In this document: piece after piece, positions 18,300-28,244 of the stretch | Position numbering within the stretch: position 1 is the stretch's first letter | How the letters are laid out: the number at the start of each line of letters is the position of its first letter | Origin: a virus | Lineage: Duplodnaviria; Caudoviricetes | DNA: 64,000 bases | Virus record (IMG/VR): IMGVR_UViG_3300020582_000008 | Location: 287 to 64,286 of that record | Direction: 5' to 3' (one strand) | Notes under the pieces: model-generated | Seen by the model: only the letters and a program-made list of their open reading frames with translations | Database searches by the model: none | What the model was told of the DNA's origin: nothing | Made by a program: the position numbers and the translations under genes

Positions 18300-19613
18300 A
18301 TGAAATTCCTTTCTCGCTTCCGTGTTGCGGCGCTCTGCGCTTTGGGTTGTGTGTTCCTGGCGATGGTTGGGACTATCGGGCCGGTACAGCGCGCCGTCAG
18401 TCAAGGGATGGCGCAGATCATAAATCTCGCGGGCACTGAGCAAATATCGCTCGGTTATCCTTGCACGGTCTCGTGTTTTGTCACCAGCGCAACACTGGCA
18501 AATTACTCACAGGCGACGCCCGGTGGTAATGCCGAGAATGCTTTGGTCGGTGGGGACGCCACCACAAATTTGTTCCAACGCGGTTCGTCCGTTGTGCTCG
18601 CGACCCCCGCGGCTGTTGCTTACACGGCGGATCGCTGGGTGGCATGGGGTGGCACGAATACGCCAGTGACGGTGGCGAGCGCGACCGATGCGCCCCAGAA
18701 TTACGGCAAGAGTTTCAAGGTCACGAAAGCATCCGGTGCGGGCGTTGTCCAAGTCTGTGTTGGACAGGAGATTACGACCCAGAATAGCTATCGCTTTCAA
18801 GGATTGGCGACTGAATTTGACTTTCACGCGAAAGCGCTTGCGGGGTTTTCGGCGGCTTCCAAGAATCTTGCGGTTTATGTAATCACGGGAACGGGAACCG
18901 ATGAAGGAACTGCCAACGGCGCATTCAGCATCAACGCGGGCGGCGGTTCTTCGACTCCGTGGACAGGTCCGGTCGTGGCCGGGGGCACCACGGGCTATCT
19001 GATTCCGATCACTACGACGTGGGCCAGATATGGCGTCGTCGTGCCGATTCCGGCGACCTCAACCGAAATCATGGTGGCGATCTGCTATACGCCGGTAGGA
19101 ACCGGAGGTTCTACGGACGGCTTTGAATTTACCGGAGCGCAAGTTGTTCCGAATGCGAGCCTTACGTCGGTTGCCGGGACTGCCGGCGCGATCTTGGGAG
19201 TCAACGATACGCGCGCCAAGGCTTTCTTACGCCGGGCAGCGAGCGAAGAGAGGCTGTTGCAGTTAACGTACTATTATCAGTTGAACGATCCGGCGGCGAC
19301 GGCTTCGGTCGGGACGTGCCAGGTTATTACGGCGAATTCCGCTGCCGTGTGCCTCGTGCCGTTGCCGGTTACGATGCGCGCCGCGCCGACGATCACTGCT
19401 CCCGGCTCGAATACGGCCTTTGCGATCACGGCGGCGAACGGTGCTGCGAACGTCTGTACGGCGCTTGCAGTGACAACGAGTTCGACCGTTCCACAGCCGG
19501 GCGGGATGATTTCGGTGACATGCACGCCGACATCGAACATTGCGATTACCGTTCCATCGCAATTGATCGGCGATGCGCAGGCGTTCAATATCAATGCGTC
19601 GGCGGAATTGTGA
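18300..19613 (+). CDS. beta-rich decoration/fibre-like protein with N-terminal signal peptide
   Basis: QRG...YTADRW and YYQL...PVTMRAAPTI motifs seen in phage fibres; hydrophobic leader. Confidence 0.65.
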   Translation: MKFLSRFRVAALCALGCVFLAMVGTIGPVQRAVSQGMAQIINLAGTEQISLGYPCTVSCFVTSATLANYSQATPGGNAENALVGGDATTNLFQRGSSVVLATPAAVAYTADRWVAWGGTNTPVTVASATDAPQNYGKSFKVTKASGAGVVQVCVGQEITTQNSYRFQGLATEFDFHAKALAGFSAASKNLAVYVITGTGTDEGTANGAFSINAGGGSSTPWTGPVVAGGTTGYLIPITTTWARYGVVVPIPATSTEIMVAICYTPVGTGGSTDGFEFTGAQVVPNASLTSVAGTAGAILGVNDTRAKAFLRRAASEERLLQLTYYYQLNDPAATASVGTCQVITANSAAVCLVPLPVTMRAAPTITAPGSNTAFAITAANGAANVCTALAVTTSSTVPQPGGMISVTCTPTSNIAITVPSQLIGDAQAFNINASAEL

Positions 19614-19645
19614 GCGTTAAGCGAAAGCATTGGAGCGATAGCGCC

Positions 19646-20536
19646 ATGCGCAGGATTTTGTTTGCTGGGCTCGGGCTCTTGCTTAGCGTTTTGCCTGTTG
19701 TTGCGCAAAACACTACGGGGCTTGTCGTAACGACCTGCGGCACTGTCCCCACGGCATTTAAAGCCACAAATCCAGGGCCATTCACCGTTGATGTAAATGG
19801 TAACCTGTGTACGGGCGCAACGTTCACACCAAGCGGCACGCAGAACGTCAATCTCACACAAATTCTTGGCGCCGCACCGAGCCTGACAAATCCCCTATGG
19901 GTCTTTCCCGCGACCGGTGCGACGTTTCCGGTAAGCGGGACATTTTGGCCTTACACGCTGGGCCAGCAACTTGCGGCTGCTTCTGTGCCTGTGGTGCTGA
20001 CCGCGGCGCAGCTTTCCACCTTGACACCGCCGCCTGCGATCACCGGCTTTGCACTTGATACCTCAGTCGCCACGACCAACACTGATCTGGGACCTCCCGG
20101 CGCGACGGCGTGCGCGACCGATACCGGATCGTGCTCGCTCAACGCGCTGCTGCAACGCATTGCGCAGCGGATTTCCACCGCGCTCGGTGGCACTACCGTC
20201 AGCGGGACCGTGACCGCCAACGGTGCGGCGAATGTTACCGCGACGGATTGCTCCGGTACAATTACGTCGGGCGGTGGCGCTCAAAATGCCTTCACGGCGC
20301 AGACGACGTTGCATGGCTTTACCATCGCCAACATCGATACGACTGAGCCGCTGTGGATTTCATTCACGACAACGGCTGCGGCGTCCGGCGCGGGCAGCTA
20401 TCCGCTGCCCGCCGCGACCGCGACGACCTTTGCCGGATTTGGCTCGTTCACGGCGCCACCGGGCTTCGGCCTCAATCACGCGCTGTCAGTGATCGCGGCG
20501 ACGACCAGCCATAAGTTTACGTGCACGTGGTGGTAG
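19646..20536 (+). CDS. Ala/Thr/Gly-rich fibre-like protein with signal peptide
   Basis: MRRILFAGLGLLLSVLPVVA-Q leader; VDVNGNL motif. Confidence 0.65.
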   Translation: MRRILFAGLGLLLSVLPVVAQNTTGLVVTTCGTVPTAFKATNPGPFTVDVNGNLCTGATFTPSGTQNVNLTQILGAAPSLTNPLWVFPATGATFPVSGTFWPYTLGQQLAAASVPVVLTAAQLSTLTPPPAITGFALDTSVATTNTDLGPPGATACATDTGSCSLNALLQRIAQRISTALGGTTVSGTVTANGAANVTATDCSGTITSGGGAQNAFTAQTTLHGFTIANIDTTEPLWISFTTTAAASGAGSYPLPAATATTFAGFGSFTAPPGFGLNHALSVIAATTSHKFTCTWW

Positions 20537-20538
20537 CC

Positions 20539-21054
20539 ATGGGCCGCTTCAAAAGAACGCTCGCCGCACTTCTGCTGTCATCGTCGCTTGTTTCGCCGAG
20601 TCAAGCGCAGTTCGGCAGCGGTGGTACGATCTCGCCATGCAACGGCGATCTCAATACGTCGTGTCAGGTCACGAATCTTCATACCGGCGTCAATCGAATT
20701 CTCTGCTCGATCCGCGCCGCGAATTTCAACATCACGACAGATCAATCATGTGCGATCCCGGCCTCAGTTACGGCCTGGGTGCCGACCTCGATCATTGTGA
20801 CGAATTGTTCCGGCACGTTCACTCTAGCGGCTGGCGGCGTCTATCCCGCGACGAGCAAAGCCGGAACGGCGCTGGTCGCTGCGGCGCAGGCTTATACGGC
20901 GCTAACCGGCGCGACTGTCGTTTTAGGACTGACGCTCGCGGCCAACATCGCGACGACGCGACAAACCGTTAACTCGGTTTACCTCTCGCTTACGACCGGA
21001 ACGGGCAGTGCGGCGACGTGCGATTTCTATGTCGTCGGGAACGATCTCACATGA
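20539..21054 (+). CDS. beta-rich structural protein with signal peptide
   Basis: MGRFKRTLAALLLSSSLVSPSQA-Q leader. Confidence 0.65.
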   Translation: MGRFKRTLAALLLSSSLVSPSQAQFGSGGTISPCNGDLNTSCQVTNLHTGVNRILCSIRAANFNITTDQSCAIPASVTAWVPTSIIVTNCSGTFTLAAGGVYPATSKAGTALVAAAQAYTALTGATVVLGLTLAANIATTRQTVNSVYLSLTTGTGSAATCDFYVVGNDLT

Positions 21055-21983
21055 TGTGGCGTGTCGCTCTTGCGGTTTGGCTGACGGCGGCACTCTCGCT
21101 GTTCGCGTTCAACGCGCCGCGGGCGCAGTTCAACGGCTGTCAGGCTGGATTTTGTAGTCCGCCATCCTCTGCGGCAGCCGCATATGTTGGCCCCGGCGAC
21201 ATCACGTCAGGCGCCATCGCATTCTATTCCTGTAGTCGAGCTTACAACGCAGCCTATGCAAGCGGCCTTAATGCCGCTTGCGACGTAGTCGATACCGCTA
21301 CAGGTCTTGTCACGGGAACGATGCACTTTCTCTCTACCGGCTTTGTAAACGTCAACGAACTGACCGGCGTTGGGCAAGCCTGCCACGCCGCGTGCAGCGT
21401 CACGAAGATGTACGACCAGACCGGCACCGGCAATCATGTGGTACAGGCGACGCTCGCCAATATGCCGGCGCTGACGTTCAATGCACAGAATGGATTGCCG
21501 TGCGCGGCGGGTGGAGCGAATAGTCCGCGCTTAGTCACAGCCGGAAATATAACGCAAGCCGCACCATTTACGATGACAGCAGTAACCGAGCGCGGTAGCG
21601 GATTTACGACTCTTCAAAATATACAAAACAATGGAAATCTTAACATCCTTCGGTTTCCGGCGGTGGCAAATCAGGTAAGCGCTGTGTCTGGGACAGCCAG
21701 TACATTAACTGCAACTGATAGTGCTTTTCATGCGTTGCTGGCGGTGGTTAGCGCGACAGCCCCTTTATTTGCTGCCGATAGCAGCGCAAACACAAGCACA
21801 GCAACGTTTGGAACCTCTGCAATGGCCTCTACCGAAGCTATTGTCGGAAGGTCTGGCGGTCAGGGGCCAATACTTGCTGGTGGTTTCGTCTGCGAAGCCG
21901 GTATCTGGCCCGCCGATCTCAACTCATCCTATCAAGCCATGCTCGCCAATATGCGCAGCGCGACCAATGGGTGGAATTTCTAG
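21051..21983 (+). CDS. LamG/arabinofuranosidase-B-like head-fibre or receptor-binding protein with signal peptide
   Basis: AIAFYS..RAY and VTKMYDQTGTGNH motifs; hydrophobic leader ending PRA-Q. Confidence 0.6.
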   Translation: MMWRVALAVWLTAALSLFAFNAPRAQFNGCQAGFCSPPSSAAAAYVGPGDITSGAIAFYSCSRAYNAAYASGLNAACDVVDTATGLVTGTMHFLSTGFVNVNELTGVGQACHAACSVTKMYDQTGTGNHVVQATLANMPALTFNAQNGLPCAAGGANSPRLVTAGNITQAAPFTMTAVTERGSGFTTLQNIQNNGNLNILRFPAVANQVSAVSGTASTLTATDSAFHALLAVVSATAPLFAADSSANTSTATFGTSAMASTEAIVGRSGGQGPILAGGFVCEAGIWPADLNSSYQAMLANMRSATNGWNF

Positions 21984-21985
21984 CA

Positions 21986-22174
21986 ATGCCATGGAAATCC
22001 GGCAAAGCCTTCGCCTCGAAGCACAACAAGAAACTGAAAGGTGAAGCCGCAACCACGGCGAAGAATCAAGCCGAGGCGATGATTAAAAAAGGGATTCCCG
22101 AGGGAGAAGCCATCGCGACAGCGAATAAAACGGGGAATCGAATTGAAGCCCGACAAAAACGCTGGTATGGATAA
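21986..22174 (+). CDS. small basic protein (MPW... family) ending RWYG
   Basis: MPW start, GIPEGEAIATA; TAATG coupling. Confidence 0.65.
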   Translation: MPWKSGKAFASKHNKKLKGEAATTAKNQAEAMIKKGIPEGEAIATANKTGNRIEARQKRWYG

Positions 22175-22440
22175 TGGCCTCGTTAACGCTCGCCGACATG
22201 GCAAGACGGATGGTGCCGGGAGCTAAGGCCGTGGCGAAGAAACACTGGATCAAGGGCGCGATCAAACATCCCGGCAGAGAGACGCGCCGCGCCAAGGAAC
22301 ATGGCGTCTCTACCCACGAGCAGATGGAAAGCGACAGCCACAGCAAGAACAAGTCGCTCGCCGCCGCCGGCCGCCTCGGGCTGGCGTTATCGGCGAAAAG
22401 CAAGAAACCCCGCGGCGAACGCTGGTATGGAAAGGACTGA
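22174..22440 (+). CDS. small basic protein with a capsid-like N-terminus and RWYG tail
   Basis: 14 of the first 18 residues match the MCP; WIKGAIKHPG motif. Confidence 0.7.
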   Translation: MASLTLADMARRMVPGAKAVAKKHWIKGAIKHPGRETRRAKEHGVSTHEQMESDSHSKNKSLAAAGRLGLALSAKSKKPRGERWYGKD

Positions 22441-22442
22441 AA

Positions 22443-22730
22443 ATGGCCGAACGCAAATGGTACGGCAAAGAGGGCGGCGGCGGGGAAGGGACTCACGAAC
22501 GCCATTCCCGCGAGCGCAAGGAAATGCACACGCGGCATTCCAAGATGCGCGATGCGCTCCACAAGCAGCACGAGGACGAGATTGGCCAGATGGCCGAACG
22601 GCAGTCTCAGGAGGCGGCGACCGAGAATCAAGGAGCGCAGGCGCCGGCTGCCGCAGCGGCTCCCGCAGCAGCGGCGCCAGCGGGTCAGGGAGCCGCTGCG
22701 GCAGCAACCGGCGCAGGGGCGCCAGCATGA
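22443..22730 (+). CDS. small His/Ala-rich protein with N-terminal KWYG
   Basis: AAGGA RBS. Confidence 0.65.
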   Translation: MAERKWYGKEGGGGEGTHERHSRERKEMHTRHSKMRDALHKQHEDEIGQMAERQSQEAATENQGAQAPAAAAAPAAAAPAGQGAAAAATGAGAPA

Positions 22731-22737
22731 AATCCAG

Positions 22738-22862
22738 CCTGATTTCAGTTCCTCCCTGTTCGGCCGGCGGCCCGCAGGATACACACGCGCCCGATGCCGG
22801 CGCTGAAATCAGGTGAGGGGCAACCCTCGGTCATGACGAACGCTTAATCGGGCGAAGCCGCC
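22738..22862 (+). ncRNA. candidate structured cis RNA upstream of the staple gene
   Basis: 11-bp perfect stem 22738-48/22803-13, GCAA-loop hairpin, two crossing helices. Confidence 0.5.
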
Positions 22863-22886
22863 ACTTATTCGGAAAGGAAGATCGCG

Positions 22887-23282
22887 ATGGCAAGGTTTTC
22901 GGCGATGATCGACATGGCGAAGGACATCAGCGAAGTCAAAAAGGAAACGGCGCAGATGACCGCGCCGATGCCTGCGGATGCCAAGCCATCGGTCCCGGTC
23001 TATCCCTATGGCCTCTGTATCAGCCTCGAAGATGAGCAGCTTGAAAAGCTCGGCCTCGACGGCGAACTTCCTTCGGTCGGCGACATGCTCCACATCGCGG
23101 GCATGGCCAAGGTCACATCGGCTTCCGAGAACGAGCGCGAAATGAGCGACGGCAGCAAACAGAAATGCCGCCGGATCGAATTGCAATTCACACATCTGGC
23201 AACCGAAAATGAGGACGAAGAAGGCGAACAGGAAGCGCGCCGCTCCCGCTTCTATGGATCGACCGACACCAAGGCCGCGTGA
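22887..23282 (+). CDS. capsid staple protein (epsilon15 gp10-like)
   Basis: YPYGLCISL..EQLEKLGL...LPSVGD...ELQFT motif. Confidence 0.8.
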   Translation: MARFSAMIDMAKDISEVKKETAQMTAPMPADAKPSVPVYPYGLCISLEDEQLEKLGLDGELPSVGDMLHIAGMAKVTSASENEREMSDGSKQKCRRIELQFTHLATENEDEEGEQEARRSRFYGSTDTKAA

Positions 23283-23339
23283 ACCAAAGGTACGACCGCG
23301 CGTTAACCTAAATCCCAATCCGATTCCAGGAGGAATCAA

Positions 23340-23969
23340 ATGCCGCAGAGAATCCGCCTACTCACTTCCGCACAGATCAACGGGCACGTTTACGGTCCCG
23401 GCGAAGTCGTCACGCTGCCCGACGGCGTTCGTGGTCCTCATCGTTCCGTGTCCGTTGCGGGTGTACTCCAAGACGAACCGATGTTCGTTCCGGTCGATGA
23501 AGGATTGGAGAAAGAGCGCGAGGACATGCGCTTGCGGCATCTGGCCGAAGTGGAAGCCCTCGATCATACCGCCGAGCGTCGCGAACTGGCGATCAAACAC
23601 GCCAAGGAATCATCCGATCTTCGTCGCAAGCAATTGGCGAGTGAGACCGAGGCGCGGCACAAGGTCGAAGCTGAGACGTTGCAGCGCCGGCAGGAGGCCG
23701 AAGTCGTCGCCTTCGACAAACGCGCCGAAGTTCTGGCGACCGTCAATCCGCCGTCCGAGACCAACAAGGACGATCTTGCGGCGCGGCACAAGGCGGAAGC
23801 CGAGGCACTGAAAGTCAAGCAGGAGAGTGAGCAGAAGGCGATTGAAGCCGCAAACGCGGAGCCTGTCGAGGATGAGCCGGTAGAGGCGCAGCCGGAAGAT
23901 GATGCCGCGCCTCTGATGCCGCCGCCGGATTATCCGCCGCCGCCAAGTCAACCGAGCAATCCGGCGTAA
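23340..23969 (+). CDS. coiled-coil protein with RH..E repeats
   Basis: AGGAGG RBS; repeated ARHKxEAE. Confidence 0.7.
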   Translation: MPQRIRLLTSAQINGHVYGPGEVVTLPDGVRGPHRSVSVAGVLQDEPMFVPVDEGLEKEREDMRLRHLAEVEALDHTAERRELAIKHAKESSDLRRKQLASETEARHKVEAETLQRRQEAEVVAFDKRAEVLATVNPPSETNKDDLAARHKAEAEALKVKQESEQKAIEAANAEPVEDEPVEAQPEDDAAPLMPPPDYPPPPSQPSNPA

Positions 23970-24005
23970 TGCTCTTGGCGATGACGATGCGGCGGGAGGC
24001 GGCGG

Positions 24006-24797
24006 ATGGACGACGTAACGATTGCGAATATCGCCTTGGACAACATAGGCGCTCGCATGTCCATTACGTCGTTGCAGCCACCACTTCCGCCGCCGAACGC
24101 AATAGTTGTTGCGCGCCAATATCAGATTCGGATTGACGCGCTTCATCGTAGCGCGCATTGGAATTTTGCCCGTTTCCAAAAAAAAGGAATTATCCTAAAA
24201 GCTGCGCAAGGCACACCTGAAAATCCCAACGGCACAACGCTGCCGATTCCTCCGTATCCCTGGCAGTATGCCTACGCTTACCCCCCAGATTGTTTGCTTG
24301 CGCGTTATCTTCTCTGCAATCAACCCCTGACCGGAAGCGGCAACCCTTTTCCTGCGGGAGTCCAAACAACGCCGCTGTGGCCGTTCGGAAATCCCGGTTA
24401 TAAGTTTGTGGTAGCAAACGACACGGATGCGGCCGGCAACCAAATAAAAGTCATCCTGACCGATTTGGAATTTGCGGATATTGTTTATACCGGCCGCGTG
24501 ACAAATCCTGATCTTTGGGATGCTCATTTTCAGAATGGCGCTATTGCAACTCTTGGCGCATGGCTGGTCAATCCGCTCGCTCGCAATGCGATAGTCCTCA
24601 AAGAGCAAATCGAGATTGCAACGTCGGTCGTGCAGTCAGCGCGAATCTCGGATGGCAACGAGGGAATTACTTCCATTGATCACACGCCAGATTGGATGGC
24701 GGTCAGAGGAATAACCGGCTACGGTCTTGCTTGGGATTCGGCGATGACTTACTATGGCTGGTCGAGTTTGGGATTTCCTGGCGGCGGGTTTGTTTGA
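24006..24797 (+). CDS. tail tubular protein A / head-tail adaptor
   Basis: IANIALDNIG, HWNFA, WQYAYAYPPDCL. Confidence 0.85.
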   Translation: MDDVTIANIALDNIGARMSITSLQPPLPPPNAIVVARQYQIRIDALHRSAHWNFARFQKKGIILKAAQGTPENPNGTTLPIPPYPWQYAYAYPPDCLLARYLLCNQPLTGSGNPFPAGVQTTPLWPFGNPGYKFVVANDTDAAGNQIKVILTDLEFADIVYTGRVTNPDLWDAHFQNGAIATLGAWLVNPLARNAIVLKEQIEIATSVVQSARISDGNEGITSIDHTPDWMAVRGITGYGLAWDSAMTYYGWSSLGFPGGGFV

Positions 24798-27700
24798 ATG
24801 ACAACGCCGATCATGCATTCGTCGTTTTCAAGCGGCGAAGTGTCGCCGTCATTATATGGTCGTGTAGATTTAGCCGGGTGGCACAAAGCCTGTTCGGTCG
24901 CGCGGAATTTCTTTGTTTCTTATAAAGGTGGATTGCTGAGCCGCGGTGGTCTCGCCTACGTCGGCATCTGTAAACAATCTGCATCCGCCAATTCCGTTCC
25001 GCCGCGAAATATCCCGTTCACATTCAATATTTTTCAATCGTACATTCTGGAATTTGGCGAACAATATATGCGCGTGGTCGCCAATGGCGGCTATGTCACG
25101 GAGACGGCTTTTGCGGTCACAGGAGCGACCCAGGCCAATCCTTGTATGCTGAATATTCCCGGCAATAATTATGTCGTTGGCGACTGGATTTTTCTTATCA
25201 ATCTCGGCGGCATGATTCAGTTGGATGCGCGCACAGTGATCGTGCGGAATGTCGCAGGTAGCGCCGTCACGATCCAAGACGTGTTCGGCGTGCCAATCAA
25301 TTCTCTGGCCTATGGGGCTTACACGACCGGCGGAACGGCAGCGCGAATCTATACGCTAACAACGCCGTATCACGCTGTCGATTTATCTTATCTGAAATTC
25401 ATTCAAAGCGCCGATACGATGTCGCTGACTTGCGTCAACCAGGCGACGCAAGCCGAATATCCGCCCCAGGAATTGAGCCGTTTAGCAGCTAATAATTGGA
25501 CGATTGGACCGCCGTCCTTTGCTGCTTCGATTGCTGCGCCGGGCAGTTGCGCAGTCGCTGGAACGACCTATGCGACCGGGCCGGGGCCGGCAGCTTACGG
25601 TTATGTGGTTACCTCAATCGACAGCCAGACAGGCGATGAAAGTCAACCGTCCCCTGTCGGCGTGACGACCGGCGTTGTCGATATAGCGGGGCAGTTCGGG
25701 ACTAATACGGTGACTTGGGCGGCGGTGCCAGGCGCTTCAAGTTACAATGTCTATAGGGCCGCTCCGGATTATACGAATGTCGGTAATTTCTCGGGACAGT
25801 TGTTTGGTTATGTCGGGTCGTCGCGGTCAAATTCGTGGCAGGATACCAATGTCATCGCGGACTTTGCGACCACGCCTCCGCTACACACGAATCCGTTTGC
25901 CGCCGGACAGATTCTCGATATTCCGATGACGAACATCGGCGCAAATTATACCGCGGCGACCGCGAGTCTCACGATCAATAGTGCCACGGGTTCGGGATTT
26001 GTGGGTACTCCCATCATCGGTGGGGCTATCACTGGCCAGAGGATTACATTTGCGGCTAATCCGTTTCTGAATGGTGCGAGAGTCAGTCAGCAAGTCGGTG
26101 CTGCTACTGCCCAAGGTCTTGTTGTGGCCGTGAGTGCTACGACAATTGACGTACAATTGCTTGGCAGTCAGCAATTCCAGGGCGGGGGTGGGGGATTTGG
26201 TTCTTCTCCCGTGGTGGATACTTCGGCGAACAGTGCGGTCCCAACCAACACGCAACTGATAACGCTCACGGGAAGCGGCGGTTGGATCGGGACCTTCATC
26301 GAGAATCCAGGCAAGGGTTATTTGCCGACAGATACTCCAATCTTTGCCGATAGTGGAAGCGGAGCGGGTGCGACAGGACAGTTAACAGTCGGGCCGGAAT
26401 CGGGCACATTCCCCGGTGTTGCAGCATATTTCCAACAGCGCCGCGTCTATGCGGATTCGATTGTTGCTCCCGATACCTACGAAATGTCCCAGCCCGGTTC
26501 GTATCTCAATTTCGATTCGGCCGATCCTCCAATCGATTCGGATTCGATCACGGGGACACCTTGGGGAGAACAGATCGACGGCATTCAGTGGATGCGGCCG
26601 ATGCCGGGAGGTCTCGTTACTTTTACGGGCGGAACGACGTGGCAGGTGTCTGGAACGGCCGGTGCGGGGTCTCCGATCACTCCATCACAACAGAATGCGC
26701 AAGCGCAGGAAGGTATCGGGTCCTCTCCCACAATTGCTCCGATCCGAATCCGAAATAATTTGCTCTACGTCGATTCTCTGAATGGTTTTGTGAACGAGAT
26801 AAATTACAATTTTTATTTCAACATCTACACGGGGCAGGATATTACGCTGCTGTCGAGTCAACTTTTTCAGAACAATAATCTTGTGCAATGGGCGCTGTCT
26901 TTCAGTCCATATCGTTTGATCTGGGCCGTTCGTAACGATGGCAAGATGCTCTCTCTAACCTACATCGCCGAACAGGAAATGCGCGGCTGGGCGCGGCACG
27001 ATACGTTGGGTTTGTTTGCTTCCGTCGCGGTTGCTTCCGAACCTCCGGTCAATGCGGCTTATTTTATCGTCAAGCGATATGTGACGGGAAAAGGCCAGTG
27101 GGTTTACATGCAGGAGCGTATGGACAATCGGCTGTGGCAGAATGTCGAGCAGTCGTATTGTCTTGATAGTGCGCTGTCTCTTGCGCAGCCCGCGCCGAAC
27201 GCAAACCTTGTGGCCTCTGCGGCGCGGGGCACAGGTGGTGTGAAGCTTGGGGCGGTCATTCTTGGGGGTAGTGGATATTCAGCGGGGCCTGCCGGACAGA
27301 TTGTAGATGATGCCGGGACCGGAACGGGTGCGGTCGTTACCGGTTTTACTGTTGTCGCGGGCGCGATCACGAATCTAGCGATCACCCCCGGCGTTAATTA
27401 TCAGTTGCCGCGAATCATCATCACGGACGCCACGGGCGCTGGAGCGGATATTTCTTTGGTGGTCGATAATACTGTCACCTTCACGGCGGATGGTGCCGTA
27501 TTCTCGTCGGCCAATAACGGCTCCGTGCTGCGCGTGGGCGGGGGCATCGGAACGAACGTCGCTTATCAGTCTCCGACCCAAATAACCGCACAGGTGGCGC
27601 CGCAGGCGGCGATTGCGGCCACGCTGGCAAACGATCCGCTCAATATGCCGGTTCCGGCTGCGGCAGGGACTTGGACTCTGACGGCTCCAGTGACGGCCAT

Positions 27701-28244
27701 CCTTGGTCTTGAACATTTGGAAGGGATGACGGTCAATGCGCTGTGTGACGGGACGCCGGTCGTGGGGCTTGTGGTGGTGAATGGCTCTGTGATGCTGCCG
27801 AATCCTGCAAGCCAAGTGCTCATCGGCCTGCTTTTCATTGCGCAGGCGCAGTCGATGCACGCCGACATGCCGGGCGAGTTGATCCAAGGCAAACGCAAGA
27901 GGATTCAGGGCGTGACGGTCAGACTGGCAAATACCCGTGGCATCAAGCTCGGGCAGGATCAGCCGATTGCAGCCCAACAGCCGAATCAGATCGAGATTCC
28001 GTGGGATCAAGCGCCGAATCTTATGACGGCACTTACGGAGCCGAATGCTCTGGCGGGCGCAGGAAACGCCGTGCCGTTGTTCTCAGGCGATAAATACGTG
28101 GTGATCGCAGGCGATTACTCGACAACCAATGGTCAAGCCTCTCCGGGCATGGTAGCGGTGGAGCAAGATTTGCCTCTGCCGGCTGAAATCCTTGCCTTCA
28201 TCCCCGAATTGGAAGTCGGCGACACAGGCGACCAACATGCTTAG
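24798..28244 (+). CDS. tail tubular protein B / nozzle with inserted domains
   Basis: SFSSGEVSPSLYGRVDL, FQQRRV, WARHDT, GLEHLEG, QDLPLP. Confidence 0.9.
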   Translation: MTTPIMHSSFSSGEVSPSLYGRVDLAGWHKACSVARNFFVSYKGGLLSRGGLAYVGICKQSASANSVPPRNIPFTFNIFQSYILEFGEQYMRVVANGGYVTETAFAVTGATQANPCMLNIPGNNYVVGDWIFLINLGGMIQLDARTVIVRNVAGSAVTIQDVFGVPINSLAYGAYTTGGTAARIYTLTTPYHAVDLSYLKFIQSADTMSLTCVNQATQAEYPPQELSRLAANNWTIGPPSFAASIAAPGSCAVAGTTYATGPGPAAYGYVVTSIDSQTGDESQPSPVGVTTGVVDIAGQFGTNTVTWAAVPGASSYNVYRAAPDYTNVGNFSGQLFGYVGSSRSNSWQDTNVIADFATTPPLHTNPFAAGQILDIPMTNIGANYTAATASLTINSATGSGFVGTPIIGGAITGQRITFAANPFLNGARVSQQVGAATAQGLVVAVSATTIDVQLLGSQQFQGGGGGFGSSPVVDTSANSAVPTNTQLITLTGSGGWIGTFIENPGKGYLPTDTPIFADSGSGAGATGQLTVGPESGTFPGVAAYFQQRRVYADSIVAPDTYEMSQPGSYLNFDSADPPIDSDSITGTPWGEQIDGIQWMRPMPGGLVTFTGGTTWQVSGTAGAGSPITPSQQNAQAQEGIGSSPTIAPIRIRNNLLYVDSLNGFVNEINYNFYFNIYTGQDITLLSSQLFQNNNLVQWALSFSPYRLIWAVRNDGKMLSLTYIAEQEMRGWARHDTLGLFASVAVASEPPVNAAYFIVKRYVTGKGQWVYMQERMDNRLWQNVEQSYCLDSALSLAQPAPNANLVASAARGTGGVKLGAVILGGSGYSAGPAGQIVDDAGTGTGAVVTGFTVVAGAITNLAITPGVNYQLPRIIITDATGAGADISLVVDNTVTFTADGAVFSSANNGSVLRVGGGIGTNVAYQSPTQITAQVAPQAAIAATLANDPLNMPVPAAAGTWTLTAPVTAILGLEHLEGMTVNALCDGTPVVGLVVVNGSVMLPNPASQVLIGLLFIAQAQSMHADMPGELIQGKRKRIQGVTVRLANTRGIKLGQDQPIAAQQPNQIEIPWDQAPNLMTALTEPNALAGAGNAVPLFSGDKYVVIAGDYSTTNGQASPGMVAVEQDLPLPAEILAFIPELEVGDTGDQHA

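Noticed and set aside
24175-24190. A-run in the tail tubular A gene as a programmed frameshift
   Set aside because: The main frame is intact with conserved motifs on both sides, and no useful alternative-frame product is evident.
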